From Rhodosorus marinus CCMP1338 (Eukaryota > Plantae > Rhodophyta): a DNA stretch of 64,000 bases. The translations under genes were made by a program, and so were the position numbers. This document shows, piece by piece, positions 35,293 through 50,660 of the stretch. The notes beneath the pieces were generated by a model. That model was given only the letters and a program-made list of their open reading frames with translations. It was not told the origin of the DNA and did no database searches. The number at the start of each line of letters is the position of its first letter. Within the stretch, counting starts at the first letter, position 1. The stretch is taken from NCBI GenBank assembly GCA_029953675.1, contig JAMWBK010000010.1:186001-250000 (forward strand), in the 5' to 3' direction.

Positions 35293-36187
35293 AAAGGAGA
35301 CACGATGCGATGGCACAGAGATAGCGCGGTAGGTGAACCGATGGCAAGGTCGGGAGGTGAAACAGGAACCAACAGACTATTTGCTTGCTCCGTTTGCTAT
35401 CTTCAAGACTGAACCAACAGACTATCTCGTGAACTCCAAATTCCTTACTATAAATGCACTTTGTCTTGGAGGTTCTGCAATGGGCCGGAACACAAGACCA
35501 AGAAGCCTATGAAAGGAACGGTTGGTGTACTTGGCCACCAAAAGCACGAACGCGTAGACTGCTTCTATTGCGAGTATTGGTGCGGTGGTGCTAGGTCGAC
35601 ATGCGCTTGTGTTAACTGTACGATACGCGTTCCCCTGGGCTGGGTCGTGCTGAATGTTGGTGCACGACCCGGTGCAAGGAAGACAGGGAGAGCACTACTT
35701 CGCTATCTTCTCGATGAAGCCTTTCGCCCTTCGCTGGTGGGGTGAATATTCGCTGCGCTGGCGCTAGGTCGACATGCGCTTGGGTAGTTGTCGAAAGCAC
35801 AATCTGGAAACGAATCACAGCATTGATGGGGGCAAAACGAGCACAGAGGTTAACACGGAGTGTGCAGTTGTCTTGAGGTCAACTGACTGCTTCCGCGGAT
35901 TCAATCGCTTGACAGATCACGGAGGGTGACAATGATCACGACCAGATTCCGTGATGGTCTCCTTTTAGTGAATCATGCCCTTGTCGGGGACGTCAAACTC
36001 CCATACCTTTCCTTCGACTTGTCCACTCTTGCAGGTAGTTCTGACAAGATTCGACCGCACTTCACATTCCATCACAAAACTAACTCACTGATTTAAACAG
36101 TGGCGGAGTTTTCCATTCACTGAAAGCGCACTATTTTAGGGAATGTGAAGTTGTGGTGCATACAGAAAAACTCGCAACAGCAGCAGT

Positions 36188-37756
<1,569 letters not shown>

Positions 37757-38853
37757 ATCTCTAGAAATCAACAAAATCTCCACTAAAAAGCCTTCGGTCT
37801 AAGCACAAGCAAATCCCACCCGGAATCAACCCCGCCCCTCCAGGCCAACCAAGTCCTCTCTCTCCAAGTAACTCAATGGCAACTTAATCACCCACCCCAA
37901 CGACCGACCACCCCAACCACCCGCAAGTAACCCAAGACTATATCTATTCCTCACAGTACTCAAACAGCTCCAAATGACATTACGCGCCCTGCAAAATTCC
38001 GAGCAGCACATCCTTTGAAGGCATAAAATGAACAAGAAAACTAGAAAACTGCGCATCTCCGGATCAAGTTTTACGACAAGCTTTGGCTTTGATTTAGGGC
38101 GTTTTGCTTCCTCCACGGTCGATCTGCTCTCCCAACAAAACTCCAAAGCTGCGAGATTCTTTTCCACCGGTCTCGTAAAAACACTTCCCCCCCTCCTTTC
38201 GTTTAGGTGCGCGACATAAATCCCACTTTAATATATTCACTAAACTTTAAATATTTAAACTAAACTCGGATCTTCCCCTAAGGACAAATTTATTTCAGGG
38301 GTTGAGGGGTTTCAGAATTATTCAGATATGTATTGCGACATTCAGTACCAGACGTCAGTTGGCTCTGGCCTTTCATCTAACTCTGCGATTTTGTTTACAT
38401 ATTCAAGTTGATTGTGATTGGGGAATCCGTCGTTCCAATTGTGTCCCTATGCCGCTTGCTTTTTACTTCCTTTTCCCTTATTTTTCTTTGCTACTTTACC
38501 CTTTCATTGTAGAGTTTTTCTTTTGTTTTTGTTCTCATCTCCCTCCCCCACCACCCCCACCGCGCTTCCTTCCTGCAAACCTGGATATCATTGCTTTCTC
38601 TATCATATCTCATTGATTTCCCCGAAGCGCACCAGAGCATAACCCAGATTTTAGATGACCTCTAAAAGGGGGGTTTCACTAAGGGTTAACAGGTGGTGTG
38701 TGTTAAACTTGAGGCCAGAATTTATGACGAGGACGGCAGCATCCACTTAGGCGCTCAAAGCACCTCATAAACTCCTCGAATTTAGATGCAGCTTCCAACA
38801 TTGTTTTGACCTAGTTAGCCGTACTGACAACAGGCCCTGCACTGCAGTGTTCT

Positions 38854-39111
38854 ATGTCCCAGACGACCGCGTACGTTCACACTCGTCGCCCCCCGTGCTA
38901 CCGTGCTTTCAAGCCATGCCAACTGTGCTATTTCATGCTTGCTAGGTGTCTCGAGGATCTCGCTTCGGATCCGGACATGCCGGAGAACCGGTTGACATTC
39001 TTTGAGCGCCGAAGTGGACAAAATGTCAAACACTTCTCAGTGAAGTATGAGGCTATGAGGTCATACACCAGGAGCAATGGGATCACGCCTCACCTTACAC
39101 CCCTGAGATAG
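38854..39111 (+). mobile_element. Possible decayed retrotransposon gag-like remnant
   Basis: LTFFERRSGQNVKHFSVKYE loosely resembles the F-x-G...NV..F...E start of gag capsid regions. Weak, with no LTRs found. Confidence 0.2.
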
Positions 39112-42100
39112 AATCGCTGATTCAATAATTTCCAGTCAATGAGGGTAAAGTATGCGAATCAAGCAAAGGAGAAGAAGATTTGCCGTGTACCGTTCAGCTG
39201 ACACAAAGACTCCTGAACGCTAGCCCTAGACGAGTGCCAAATGGAATTGCTTGGCGCGGAATTTTGACATCCTTTGAACACGTCGTCAGAGATTTAGTTG
39301 TAACCGCATTGTGTTTCCTTTGAAGAGCAACGGTTTGGTCTCATCGCAGTGGCCCAGTAACGGCCACGTCAGTTAGGCCCTCGGCAAAATTCACTCCTAG
39401 GGGGTTCCCCGCCCCTGCACATTGCTCGTCTCAGAGTGCTATATCATGGTTAAACTGGTGATGATGAGCTACTGAGTCAGCGAGCTCTTGGATCCTGGCG
39501 ACTTGCTTCTACAATAGAGACACGTGACAAAGGATATCCTGAGTACGCGAAGTGGTTTTTTGGGCACTCTTTCTTCTCGCCGATTAGTTCCTAAGCTGCG
39601 CTTATGGCTATAAGAGCTACCCAGAAGGTAAGAAGTACTTGCTAGAATCCGTTATTGCAGCACAGTACTTGAGCCTGACAAACCACAAAGGCTACCGGCA
39701 AGAGGGGCAAGTAGATGATCTAACGAGGTGTGGGAAGTTGGAACAGGACTGAAGTATTTCTTATCGTCAATGTCTCTTGGTGATCTTCCCCCGTCACTCT
39801 CTCAAACTCTTCCAGATCATTGTCGAGAAGGGTTTTTAATCTTCAGCCCAGAAATCTGACGTTTTCAAAAACCCACCCTTTCCAGCCTTGGGTCCAACGC
39901 TTTCTCTATTTCACCGCATTCTCTTGGCTAGATGTGCCGGCTAGGTCCTCGCTACATCTAGTTTTAGGATTTCGATCGCCGACTTGAGGTCCCCTCGACC
40001 TTGCCATAAGATCGTAGTTTTTTTTTTGAGTAAAGTTAAGCGGCGTTTTGAAGCTGTTTCAACGGGGTGAATAAAGTTATGGATATTTTGAATTTTAATC
40101 CAATAAAAAACTAACAGTTGTCCTTTCTGATTTGAGCTATCCATTTATTTTGTGGTTTCGTGTCGAACAAGTTTGAAGATCGGTTTCCACTGGGCAGGTT
40201 GCATCCCAAAGCTGCTTTGCAATTATTTAATTCGTGGTAATATTATATGATTTCCTAGATAGATTGGGGCCGAAGATTAGGGGTTATCAACTTTGACCTG
40301 ACGGAACCTCTTGATTGATTGTTTTCCGAAGTTTTCAGTAAAACCCGCTAAAATCGGTTTTACAAATGAAAAAAAATTGTTCTAGACGCCAATGGTATTT
40401 CTTGGGATCATCACCATCATCATCATCAGTTTATCAGAGCCTAACTACCCTGAGAAGCGAGAAACAAGACGTTGATGACGCGCGTCGAACAATAAAGCCG
40501 CGTTGGAACGCCATAAGGTCAAGGACAGCTCCGTGAGGAGGCTAGCAAGACGACTTGGGCTGTGACGAAAGAGCCCACGAAGCCAGCGAGAGCCGACACA
40601 ATCAACTAAACCAAAGCACTCGATGATGAGTGGGACAAACCGATAGGACAAGACCGAATCGCGGAGCGTAGAGTCCAACATAGCTGCAGCGTACTGGGAC
40701 TCCTTCAGTTGCCGCATTGACCGAGCCGCAGCTGCCACGGCAGCGTGCAGATGCGGGTAGGTATCTGCTCGCCTGAGGACAAGGAATAGAAAGGTCAGCG
40801 TACTCACTCCGACGGGCGCTGAGATCAGTCACCACTAGATCCGCCACCCGCTGCACCCCTGGTGCGTCAGCCGTATCAGTAGTTGCCGTGGCCACGAGCA
40901 GAGGGACCTCATACTCCACCTCCCGGTCAGTGCCCAGCATCTGGGAACGAAGATAGCGAAACAGCAACCGGTTGAGCCGCGTATGCCGACGAGTCCGGGC
41001 CGCCTGGACCTGCGGACTGGATGCCAACAGGTGTCCACCGAATTCACCGCACGGCACGTGGCTACCGCACAAGTTACAACTCGAGGCCCACGCCGCGGGC
41101 CATGGCGGTTGGGGCAAGCCAAGGTACAAACGTAAGCTTGTGCGCATCTCGAAGTCTGTTATCACTAGCCGCGGGTAGGCAGCAAAACTGATGATCCGTT
41201 TATTCAGAGGCTAACTACACTGAGAAGCCAGAGACAAGACGCTGATCACGCGCGTCCACAAACAAAGCAGAATTCGAGCGCCACAGGGTCAAAGAAAGCT
41301 CCGTGAGCAGACTATTTAACCCCAGACTAAACGCTCTGGGTCCTCGCGAAACAGAGCTCGCAGCCAGTGAGAACCTACACTATCTATCAAGCCAAAGCAC
41401 TCAATAATGAGGGGGATGAATCCGGTATGTCACCACCGAATCGCGAAGGGTTTGACATCGCTGCCGCGTGGCAGCGATGTCAAACCCGCAGTACGCACTG
41501 CGAATTTTTCACTTGCCGCATGGACCGAGCTGCAGCTCCTCGACCCCGAGCCGACGCAGGCAGGTACCTGGTCGCCTGACGACAAGGGATGGAGAGGTCA
41601 ATGTACTCACTGCGACGCGCATTGAGGTCAGTCACAACGAGATCCGCCACCCGCTGTACCGCTGGGGCGTCACTCTCATCAGCAATTCCGATGCCACCGC
41701 CAGGGGGACCTCATACTCCACTTCTCGGTCCGTACCGAGGGATTGAGAACGAAGGTAGCGGAACAGCAAGCGGTTGAGCCGCGTATGGCGTCTGGTCCGG
41801 GACCCTTGAACCTCCGCACAAGACGCCAACAGATGCGCACCATAATCACCCCACGGCACATTGGCCCCGCACAATGCGCATCTAGAATCCCGCTCAACAG
41901 GCCAAGGGGGTTACGGCAAGCCCAGATAAAGTCGTAAGCTTACACGAAGTTCGAGATCGGTAAGCGCCAACCGCGGAGATACGCAGGTATGACTGTGAAG
42001 AAACGGGAGCTGAGACTCCCCCCCAAACCGCGCAGGCGAGCCAAAGTCGACGCCGAGCACGAGGGTAAACTCAGAAGGGCGGCATACGAGTCCCGATGTA

Positions 42101-42850
42101 TGTCCCACGAAAGGGTTTTTTGGATTACATCGGTCCTCGAAGGGGCCGGACCCGACCGGGAAACACCCTCCTCTGACGGTCACGACGGCACAGCCACGGC
42201 ATCAATATCCTCGGCAGTTTCTACACCACTACCAACACACTGTGCTGCAGCACAGACTCCCGAACGCTGGCCACCGAGGGAGTCAAGAACTGCCGCCCAG
42301 GAATCGCAACGAGGCGGGGTACCACTCGGCAGGGCGGTACATTGTTGAAAAGCGGCCACCAGTTCCGCAAAAACCCCCCCCGAGCGGTGGAGCGAGAGTC
42401 CCGTCTAGCCGCCCAACCCGAAGTCCACTCAACAAACCACGCACATGCGGATCACACTCTGTAGACCATGCATTAAGCGCATTGGCCCACGAACTCACCA
42501 CAGCCGCCGGCTGGATCGCCGCGTAAGATCCCACAGCCAGCCCGCCCAGCCGCACGGGCAACGCGATCCGCCCGTGAAGGACGTCCTTTTCTGCATCCCC
42601 CAAAACAGATAGCTCAGCATCCACCAGCGTGCCTAGCACGTCCCTCGCTCGTCGGTCTGCGCGGAGCGCCAGCCAAGACCCTCACTCGGAGGGTAGCTGC
42701 CGCAAAAAATAGGTCAACCTCTGGCACGCGCTGGCAGGAATGACCGTACAGATGATGATCCCTTTATTCAGAGGCTAACTACCCTGAGAAGACGCTGATG
42801 ACGCGCGTCCACAAACAAAGCAGAATTGGAGCGCCACAGTGTCAAAGAAA

Positions 42851-44746
42851 CCGTAAAGAAGTGAGAGCTGCGCCTTCGTGCTTTGAGGGGTAGCCCCCTC
42901 AAAGCACGAAGGCGAGCCAAGGTCGAAGGCGGAGAGGAAGCTGAACCTAGAAAGGTGGCGTACGAGTCGCGGTGTAGGTCCCAGGAAAGGGTTTTTTGTA
43001 CTACATCAGTTCTCGAAGGGGCCGAGCCCGACCGGGTAATAGACTCCTCAGGCGGCCTCGACGGCACGGCAACAGCGTCCGTTTCAGCATCGACACCATC
43101 CATGTCAGCATCGACGCAAACACCAGCCCCAATCCGGGCTCCACTGTCAAGACACGGTTCCGCCGCAGAGCTTCCCGAACGAGATCCGCCAGAAGATTCA
43201 AGAACTGCCCGCCACGACCCGTAGCGGGGTTGTGGCGGGCCGCTTGGCAGGGCAATACATTTCTGAAACGCACCCTCCAGCTCGTCAAAAACGCCTCCGA
43301 GGCTCGAGTGAGAGTCACGTCCAAATGCCCTTCACGGAGGCCTCGTAACAAACCACGCACGGCGGGATTGCTCTCCTTAGACCAAGTAGTTAAAGCATTT
43401 GCCCAAGAGCTCACCACGGCCGCCGGTTGGATGATTGCATAAGTCCCCACGGCTAGACCGCCCATGCGCACAGGCAAGGCCAGCTGGCGGTGAAGGACAG
43501 TCTGTTCGTTCTCCCCTAGAGTAGAGAGGTCTGCGTCCACCAGTGTGCTCAAAACGTCCCCCGCACGCTGATCAGTGCGAAGGGCTAGCCAAGCCCCCCA
43601 CGTCGAAGGGAGCTGCCGCAGAAAATAGTTCAGGCGTTGACACGCACTGAACCTGAAGAGGAGCAGAGCGGTCTGGAGGTACCCCTCCGGTAGGCGGCAC
43701 AGCTCGTTCAAGAGCTCATCGTGGCGGCTCAGCAGCGCTCGAAGGTTGCGCTCCACGAAACTCTCAGTGCCCACAGGGACACCGAATAGAATGAAGCACT
43801 CGGGACGCCAAATGTCCCGGAACAGAGAGGGAACCTGGGCCGCAGCACACTGAGGGCCTCCCCAAAAGTCACACTTGCCGTGATTGACCCGTAAGCCCAT
43901 CAAGGACGCCACCTCGCCCAGAAGGGAGTACGCCTGCACCAAATCATCAGGAGTCCCGAGAAGGGTCACATCGTCATGGAAGGCGACGACGCGGACCCGC
44001 GGGAACTGATGCTGCACGCGCAACAGCGCCAACTGCAATCCACATGCGTGCAGAAGAGGCCCTACTCTCCCTGCTGAACACCCGTCTGTGACACAAAGCT
44101 CAGGCTGCCTGCACCCAAGGTGACAAGGCGAGGGCAAGTTGGCCCCTCCCCGTAGACCCGGCGCACGAAACGGAAACCCGATGGGAAGAGCTGACGAACC
44201 ACCTCGAGCGCGTGAACATGCGACACGCTGTTAAGGGCGCTCGCAAAATCGACCGAAAGTGTACCGAAAGGCTCCTCCCCGAGGCTGTCCATCTGCATAA
44301 TGCGAGTCACCAGCTCACAGCCGCCCGAATAGCCCACACCCGCCTGGGTCAGGCCGAAAAAACCCCGTGCCTCATTAGTGAGCCTGCGAGACAGAAAACG
44401 GCTCGTCAACTTGCGCAGGGTCTCGCACATCCCGATGGGGCGTAGGGATGGCGTCTGGCGCGAATGCCCAGGCTTAGGCAGTAGCACCAGGTGCGACCGC
44501 GACAGTAGGGCCCGTGCATCGTCGCAAAAATCGTTGCCATTTACAAGACCCTCCACCACTCGCGCAAGGGCGTCGAGGCCCTCCCCAACCAGTTTAAAAG
44601 CTCAACCCGGAGACCTGAGGGACCCGGTGCACGACGCTTCGGGGCGGACCCAAGAAGAGCGAAAACCTCTTCAGGCCGAACCAGCAACCGTGTCAGTCGT
44701 GGAGGCGACATAAGGATCTAAGACACGCTGGAACGCAGGGTTCCAA
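42851..44746 (-). mobile_element. Family B RT-containing fragment (frameshifted)
   Basis: LRPIGMCETLRK, GVGYSGGCE, SVDFASALNSV, GVQQGE, AFHDD, ALPVRMGGL in ORFs 44062-44559 and 43001-44137. Confidence 0.88.
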
Positions 44747-45003
44747 CTGATGATCCGTTTATTCAGAGGTTAACTACCCTGAGAAGCGAGAGACAAGACG
44801 CTGATGACGCGCGTCCACAAACAAAGCAGAATTCGAGCGCCACAAGGTCAAAGAAAGCTCCGTGAGCAGACTATCTAAACGCCCTGGGTCCTAGCGAAAC
44901 AGAGCTCGCAGCCAGCGAGAACCTACACTATCTATCAAGCCAAAGCACTCAATAATGAGGGGGACGAACCAGTATGTCACCGCCGAATCGCGAAAGGTAG
45001 GGA

Positions 45004-47165
45004 CTTTGCTTTCTTAGAATCTTTATACCTCGCTAGTGTCTCTTCTTCCTCTTCGTGCGGGACTTCACCTTCTTCTCGTCCCGTAGGCAGGTACGGGCAA
45101 AGGCAGCAGTGGCACAGGGGGATATTCGGCGTGGGGCGGCCATCCTCCAGCAAGGCGCTTCAGTCGAGCCGTATCGGACTGACCTGGCTGATCCAGTCGC
45201 TGCGTTGTTCCCTGCGCGCGACATGAGTTGGAACTCTGAGTTCCAGCGTGTCTTAGATCCTTTTGTCCATTCTCACGCGGTAGGGGTCGGTTCATTGTTC
45301 GGCCGGATGAGGTTCTGGCTCTGCTTAGGTCCGCCCCGAAAGGTCGTGCACCTGGTCCCTCAGGACTCCGGGTCGAACTTTTTCACTGGTTGGGTGAAGA
45401 AGGGCTGGACGCCCTTGCGCGGGTACTGGAGGGTCTTGTCAATGGGGACGATTTTTGCGCAGAGGCTGGGCACTATTGTCGCGCTCCCAACTGGTCCTCT
45501 TGCCCAAGCCCGGACATTCAGACCAGACACCTACCCTTCGGCCAATCGGGATGTGCGAAGCATTGCGGAAGCTGGCGAGCCGCTTTCTATCGCGTCAGCT
45601 CACTAGTTGAGGCCAGGGTTTTTTTTGGGTTGACCCAGGTCGGTGTCGGCTATTCAGGTGGCTCTGAACTGGTGACGCGTATCCTGCAGCTGGACGCTCT
45701 CCGCGATGAGCACTTGGGCACGCTTTCTGTGGATTTCGCCAACGCGTTTAACAGTGTGTCTCGAGCACACGCGCTTGAGGTACTTCGTCAGCTTTTCCCC
45801 TCTGGCTTTCCGTTCTTACGCCGCGTATATGGTGAACAGCCGAACGGGCCTCGATTTGTCACCTTGGGTGCCGAGAGCCACACCTTTGCGGCTCATACGG
45901 GTGTGCAGGAGGGCGATCCCTTAGGGCCGTTCCTGCACGCCTGTGAATTGCAACTGGTGCTGTTGCGGCTGAAACATCAGTTCCCGCGGGTCCGTGCGGT
46001 CGCCTTCCATGACGATGTGACGCTTCTTGGCACTCCCGACGATCTGCTGCCGGCCTCCGATTTTCTCGGCGAGGTGACTTCCTTGGTGGGGCTGCGTATC
46101 AACCACGCCAAGTGCGACTTCTGGGGGGGGGTCTCACTGCACCACCGCGGACGTGGTTCCATCCAGGTTCCGAGGTATTTGGCGAGCTGAGGGCTTCCTT
46201 CTGTTCGGTGTCCCCGTAGGCACTCCGATATTTGTCTAACGCAGCCTCTCCGCGCTCCTGAGTCATCATGATGAGCTTCTGACTCAGCTGTGCAGTATCC
46301 CAGAAGGCTACCTCCAGACCGCTCTGCTCATCTTCCCAGCGCGTGCCGGAGGTTGACCTATTTTTTGCGGCAGCTACCCTCCGAGTGAGGGTCTTGGCTG
46401 CCGCTCCGCGCAGACCGACGAGCGAGGGACGTGCTAGGCACGCTGGTGGATGCTGAGCTATCTGTTTTGGGGGATGCAGAAAAGGATGTCATTTCACGGG
46501 CAGATCGCGTTGCCCGTGCGGCTGGGCGGGCTGGCTGTGGGATCTTACGCGGCGATCCAGCCGGCGGCTGTGGTGAGTTCGTGGGCCAATGCGCTTAATA
46601 CATGGTCTACAGAGTGTGATCCGCATGTGCGTGGTTCGTTGAGTGGACTTCGGGTTGGGCGGCTAGACGGGACTCTCGCTCCACCGCTCGGGGGGGTTTT
46701 TGCGGAACTGGTGGCCGCTTTTCAACAATGTACCGCCCTGCCGAGTGGTACCCCGCCTCGTTGCGATTCCTGGGCGGCAGTTCTTGACTCCCTCGATGGC
46801 CAGCGTTCGGGAGTCTGTGCTGCAGCACCGTGTGTTGGAAATGGTGTAGAAACTGCCGAGGATATTGATGCCGTGGCTGTGCCGTCGAGACCGTCAGAGC
46901 AGGGCGTTTCCCGGTCGGGTCCGGCCCCTTCGAGGACCGATGTAATCCAAAAAACCCTTTCGTGGGACATACATCGGGACTCGTATGCCACCCTTCTGAG
47001 TTTACCTTCGTGCTCGGAGTCGACTTTGGCTCGCCTGCGCGTTTTGGGGGGGAGTCTCAGCTCCCGTTTCTTCACGGTCATACCTGCGTATCCGCGGTTG
47101 GCGCTTACCGATCTCGAACTTCATGTAAGCTTACGACTTTACCTGGGCTTGCCGCAACCCCCTTG
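45004..47165 (+). mobile_element. Family A RT-containing fragment (frameshifted)
   Basis: GVGYSGGSE, SVDFANAFNSV, GVQEGDPLGP, AFHDD, ALPVRLGGL in ORFs 45390-46190 and 46450-47169. Confidence 0.88.
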
Positions 47166-47688
47166 GTGATGATCCGTTTCTTCAGAGGCTAACTACCCTG
47201 AGAAGCCCGAGACAAGACGCTGATCACGCGCGTCCACAAACAAAGCAGAATTCGAGCGCCACAGGGTCAAAGAAAGCTCCGTGAGCAGACTATCTAAACG
47301 CCCTGGCTCGTCGCGAAACAGAGCTCGCAACCAGCAAGAACCTGCACTATCTATCAAGCCAAAGCACTCAATAATAAAGGGGGTGAACCGGTATGTCACC
47401 GCCGAATCGCGAAAGGTAGGGTTTGACATCCCTGCCGCGTACTGTGAATTTTTCACTTGCCGCATGGACCGAGCTGCAGCTCCTCGACCCCGAGCCGACG
47501 CCAGGCAGATACCTGGTCGCCTGACGACAAGGGATGGAGAGGTCAATGTACTCACCTCGACGCGCATTGAGGTGAGTCACAACGAAATCCGCCACCCGCT
47601 GTACCGTTGGGGCGTCACTCTCATCAGCAATTTCTGATGCCACCGCCAGAGGGACCTCATACTCCACTTCTCGGTCAGTACCGAGGGA

Positions 47689-48024
47689 TTGAGAACGAAG
47701 GTAGCGGAACAGCAAGCGGGTGAGCCGCGTATGGCGTCTGGTCCGGGCCCCTTGAACCTCCGCACAAGACGCCAACAGATGCGCACCATAATCACCCCAC
47801 GGCACATTGGCCCCGCACAATGCGCATCTAGAATCCCGCTCAACAGGCCAAGGGGGTTGAGAACGAAGGTAGCGGAACAGCAAGCGGTTGGACCGCGTAT
47901 GGCGTCTGGTCCGGGCCCCTTGAACCTCCGCACAAGACGCCAACAGATGCGCACCATAATCACCCCACGGCACATTGGCCCCGCACAATGCGCATCTAGA
48001 ATCCCGCTCAACAGGCCAAGGGGG
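47689..48024. repeat. 168-bp in-frame tandem duplication of the CCHC knuckle in a family A copy
   Basis: The unit starting TTGAGAACGAAGG occurs at 47689 and 47857. ORF 47368-48645 shows the CALCGANVPWGDYGAHLLASC motif twice. Confidence 0.9.
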
Positions 48025-50140
48025 TTGCGGCAAGCCCTGGTAAAGTCGTAAGCTTACGCGAAGTTCGAGATCGGTAAGCGCCAACCGCGGGTACGCAGGT
48101 ATGACCATGAAGAAACGGGAGCTGAGACTCCCCCCCAAAACGCGCAGGCGAGCCAAAGTCGACTCCGAGCACGAAGGCAAACTCGGAAGGCTGGCATACG
48201 AGTCCCGATGTATGTCCCACGAAAGGGTTTTTTGGATTACATCGGTCCTCGAAGGGGCCGGACCCGACCGGGAAACGCCCTGCTCTGACGGTCTCGACGG
48301 CACAGCCACGGCATCAATATCCTCGGCAGTTTCTACACCATTTCCAACACACGGTGCTGCAGCACAGACTCCCGAACGCTGGCCACAGAGGGAGTCAAGA
48401 ACTGCCGCCCAGGAATCGCAACGAGCCTGGGTACCACTCGGCAGGGCGGTACATTGTTGCAAAGCGGGCATCAGTTCCGCAAAAACTGCCCCGAGCCGTG
48501 GGGCGAGAGTCCCGTCTAGCCGCCCAACCCGAAGTCCACTCAACAAACCACTCACATGCGGATCACACTCCGTAGACCATGTATTAAGCGCATTGGCCCA
48601 CGAACTCACCACAGCCGCTGGCTGGATCGCCGCGTAAGCTCCCACAGCTACCCCCTTGGCCTGTTGAGCGGGATTCTAGATACGCATTGTGCGGGGCCAA
48701 TGTGCCGTGGGGTGATTATGGTGCGCATCTGTTGGCGTCTTGTGCGGAGGTTCAAGGGTCCCGGACCAGACGCCATACGCGGCTCAACCGCTTGCTGTTC
48801 CGCTACCTTCGTTCTCAATCCCTCGGTACGGACCGAGAAGTGGAGTATGAGGTTCCCCTGGCGGTGGCATGGGAAATTGCTGATGAGAGTGACGCCCCAG
48901 CGGTACAGCGGGTGGCGGATCTCGTTGTGACTGACCTCAATGCGCGTCGCAGTGAGTACATTGACATCTCCATCCCTTGTCCTCAGGGTACCTGCCTGCG
49001 TCGGCTCGGGGTCGAGGAGCTGCAGCTCGGTCCATGCGGCAAGAGAAAAATTCGCAGTACGCGGCAGTGATCTCAAACCCTGCCTTTCGCGATTCGGCGG
49101 TGAAGTTCCGGTTCGTCTACCTCATTGTTGATGCTTTGGCTTGATAGATAGTGTAGGTTCTCGCTGGCTGCGAGCTCTGTTTCGCGAGGACCCAGGGCGT
49201 TTAGATAGTCTGCTCACGGAGCTTTCTTTGACCCTGTGGCGCTCGAATTCTGCTTTGTTTGTGGACGCGGGTGATCAGCGTCTTGTCTCTCGCTTCTCAG
49301 GGTAGTTAGCCTCTGAATAAACGGATCACCAATCACGGCAAGTGTGACTTTTGGGGAGGCCCTCAGTGTGCTGCGGCCCAGGTTCCCTCTCTGTTCCGGG
49401 ACATTTGGCGTCCGGAGTGTTTCATTCTATTCGGTGTCCCTGTGGGGACTGAGAGTTTCGTGGAGCGCAACCTTCGAGCGCTGCTGAGCCGCCACGATGA
49501 GCTCTTGAATGAACTGGGCCGCCTACCGGAGGGGTACCTCTAGACCGCTCTGCTCCTCTTCAGGCTCAGTGCGTGTCAACGCCTGAACTATTTTCTGCGG
49601 CAGCTCCCTTCGACGTGGGGGGCTTGGTTAGCCCTTCACGCTGATCAACGTGCGAGGGACGTTTTGAGCACACTGGTGGACGCAGACCTCTCTACTCTAG
49701 GGGAACACGAACAGACTGTCCTTCACCGCCAGGTGGCCTTGTCTGTGCGCATTGGCGGACTAGCCGTGGGGACTTATGCAATCATCCAACCGGCGGCCGT
49801 GGTGAGCTATTGGTCAAATGCTTTAACTACTTGGTCTAAGGAGAGCAATCCCGCCGTGCGTGGTTCGTTACGAGGCCTCGGTGAGGGACATTTGGACGTG
49901 ATTCTCAGCTCGAGGCTCGGAGGCGTTTTTGACGAGCTGGAGAGTGCGTTACAGAAATGTATTGCCCTGCCAAGCGGTACACAACCCCGCTACGGGTCGT
50001 GGCGGGCAGTTCTTGAATCTTTTGGCGGATCTCGTTCGGGAAGCTCTGCGGCCGAACCGTGTCTTGACAGTGGAGCCCGGATGGGGTTACCCCGGATGGG
50101 GGCTGGCGTTTGCGCTGGAGAGGATGCTGACATGGATGGT

Positions 50141-50660
50141 GTCGATGCTAAAACGGACGCTGTTGCCGTGCCGTCGAGGCCGCCTGAGGAGTCTGTTACC
50201 CGGTCGGGCTCGGCCCCTTCGAGAACTGATGTAGGACAAAAAACCCTTTCCTGGGACATACATCGCGACTCGTACGCCACCCTTCCAGGTTCAGCTTCCT
50301 CTCCGCCTTCGACCTTGGCTCGCCTTCGTGTTTTGGGGGGTAGCCTTAGCTCTCACTTCTTTACGGTCATTCCTGCCTACCCGCCGCTAGACTTCGAGAT
50401 GTCGATGCTGAAAAGGACGCTGTTGCCGTGCCGTCGAGGCCGCCTGAGGAGTCTGTTACCCGATCGGGCCCGGCCCCTTCGAGAACTGATGTAGTACAAA
50501 AAACCCTTTCCTGGGACATACATCTCGACTCGTACGCCACCCTTCCAGGTTCAGCTTCCTCTCCGCCTTCGACCTTGGCTCGCCTTCGTGCTTTGGGGGG
50601 TAGCCTCAGTTCTCACTTCTTTACGGTCATTCCTGCCTACCCGCGGCTAGACTTCTAGAT
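50141..50660. repeat. 260-bp tandem duplication within a family B fragment
   Basis: The unit starting GTCGATGCT(A/G)AAA occurs at 50141 and 50401 with near-identical continuation. Confidence 0.85.

Noticed and set aside
35790-36060. Faint CRE-like pre-RT remnant on the minus strand
   Set aside because: Multiple stops and only loose by-eye similarity, too weak to annotate without an alignment.
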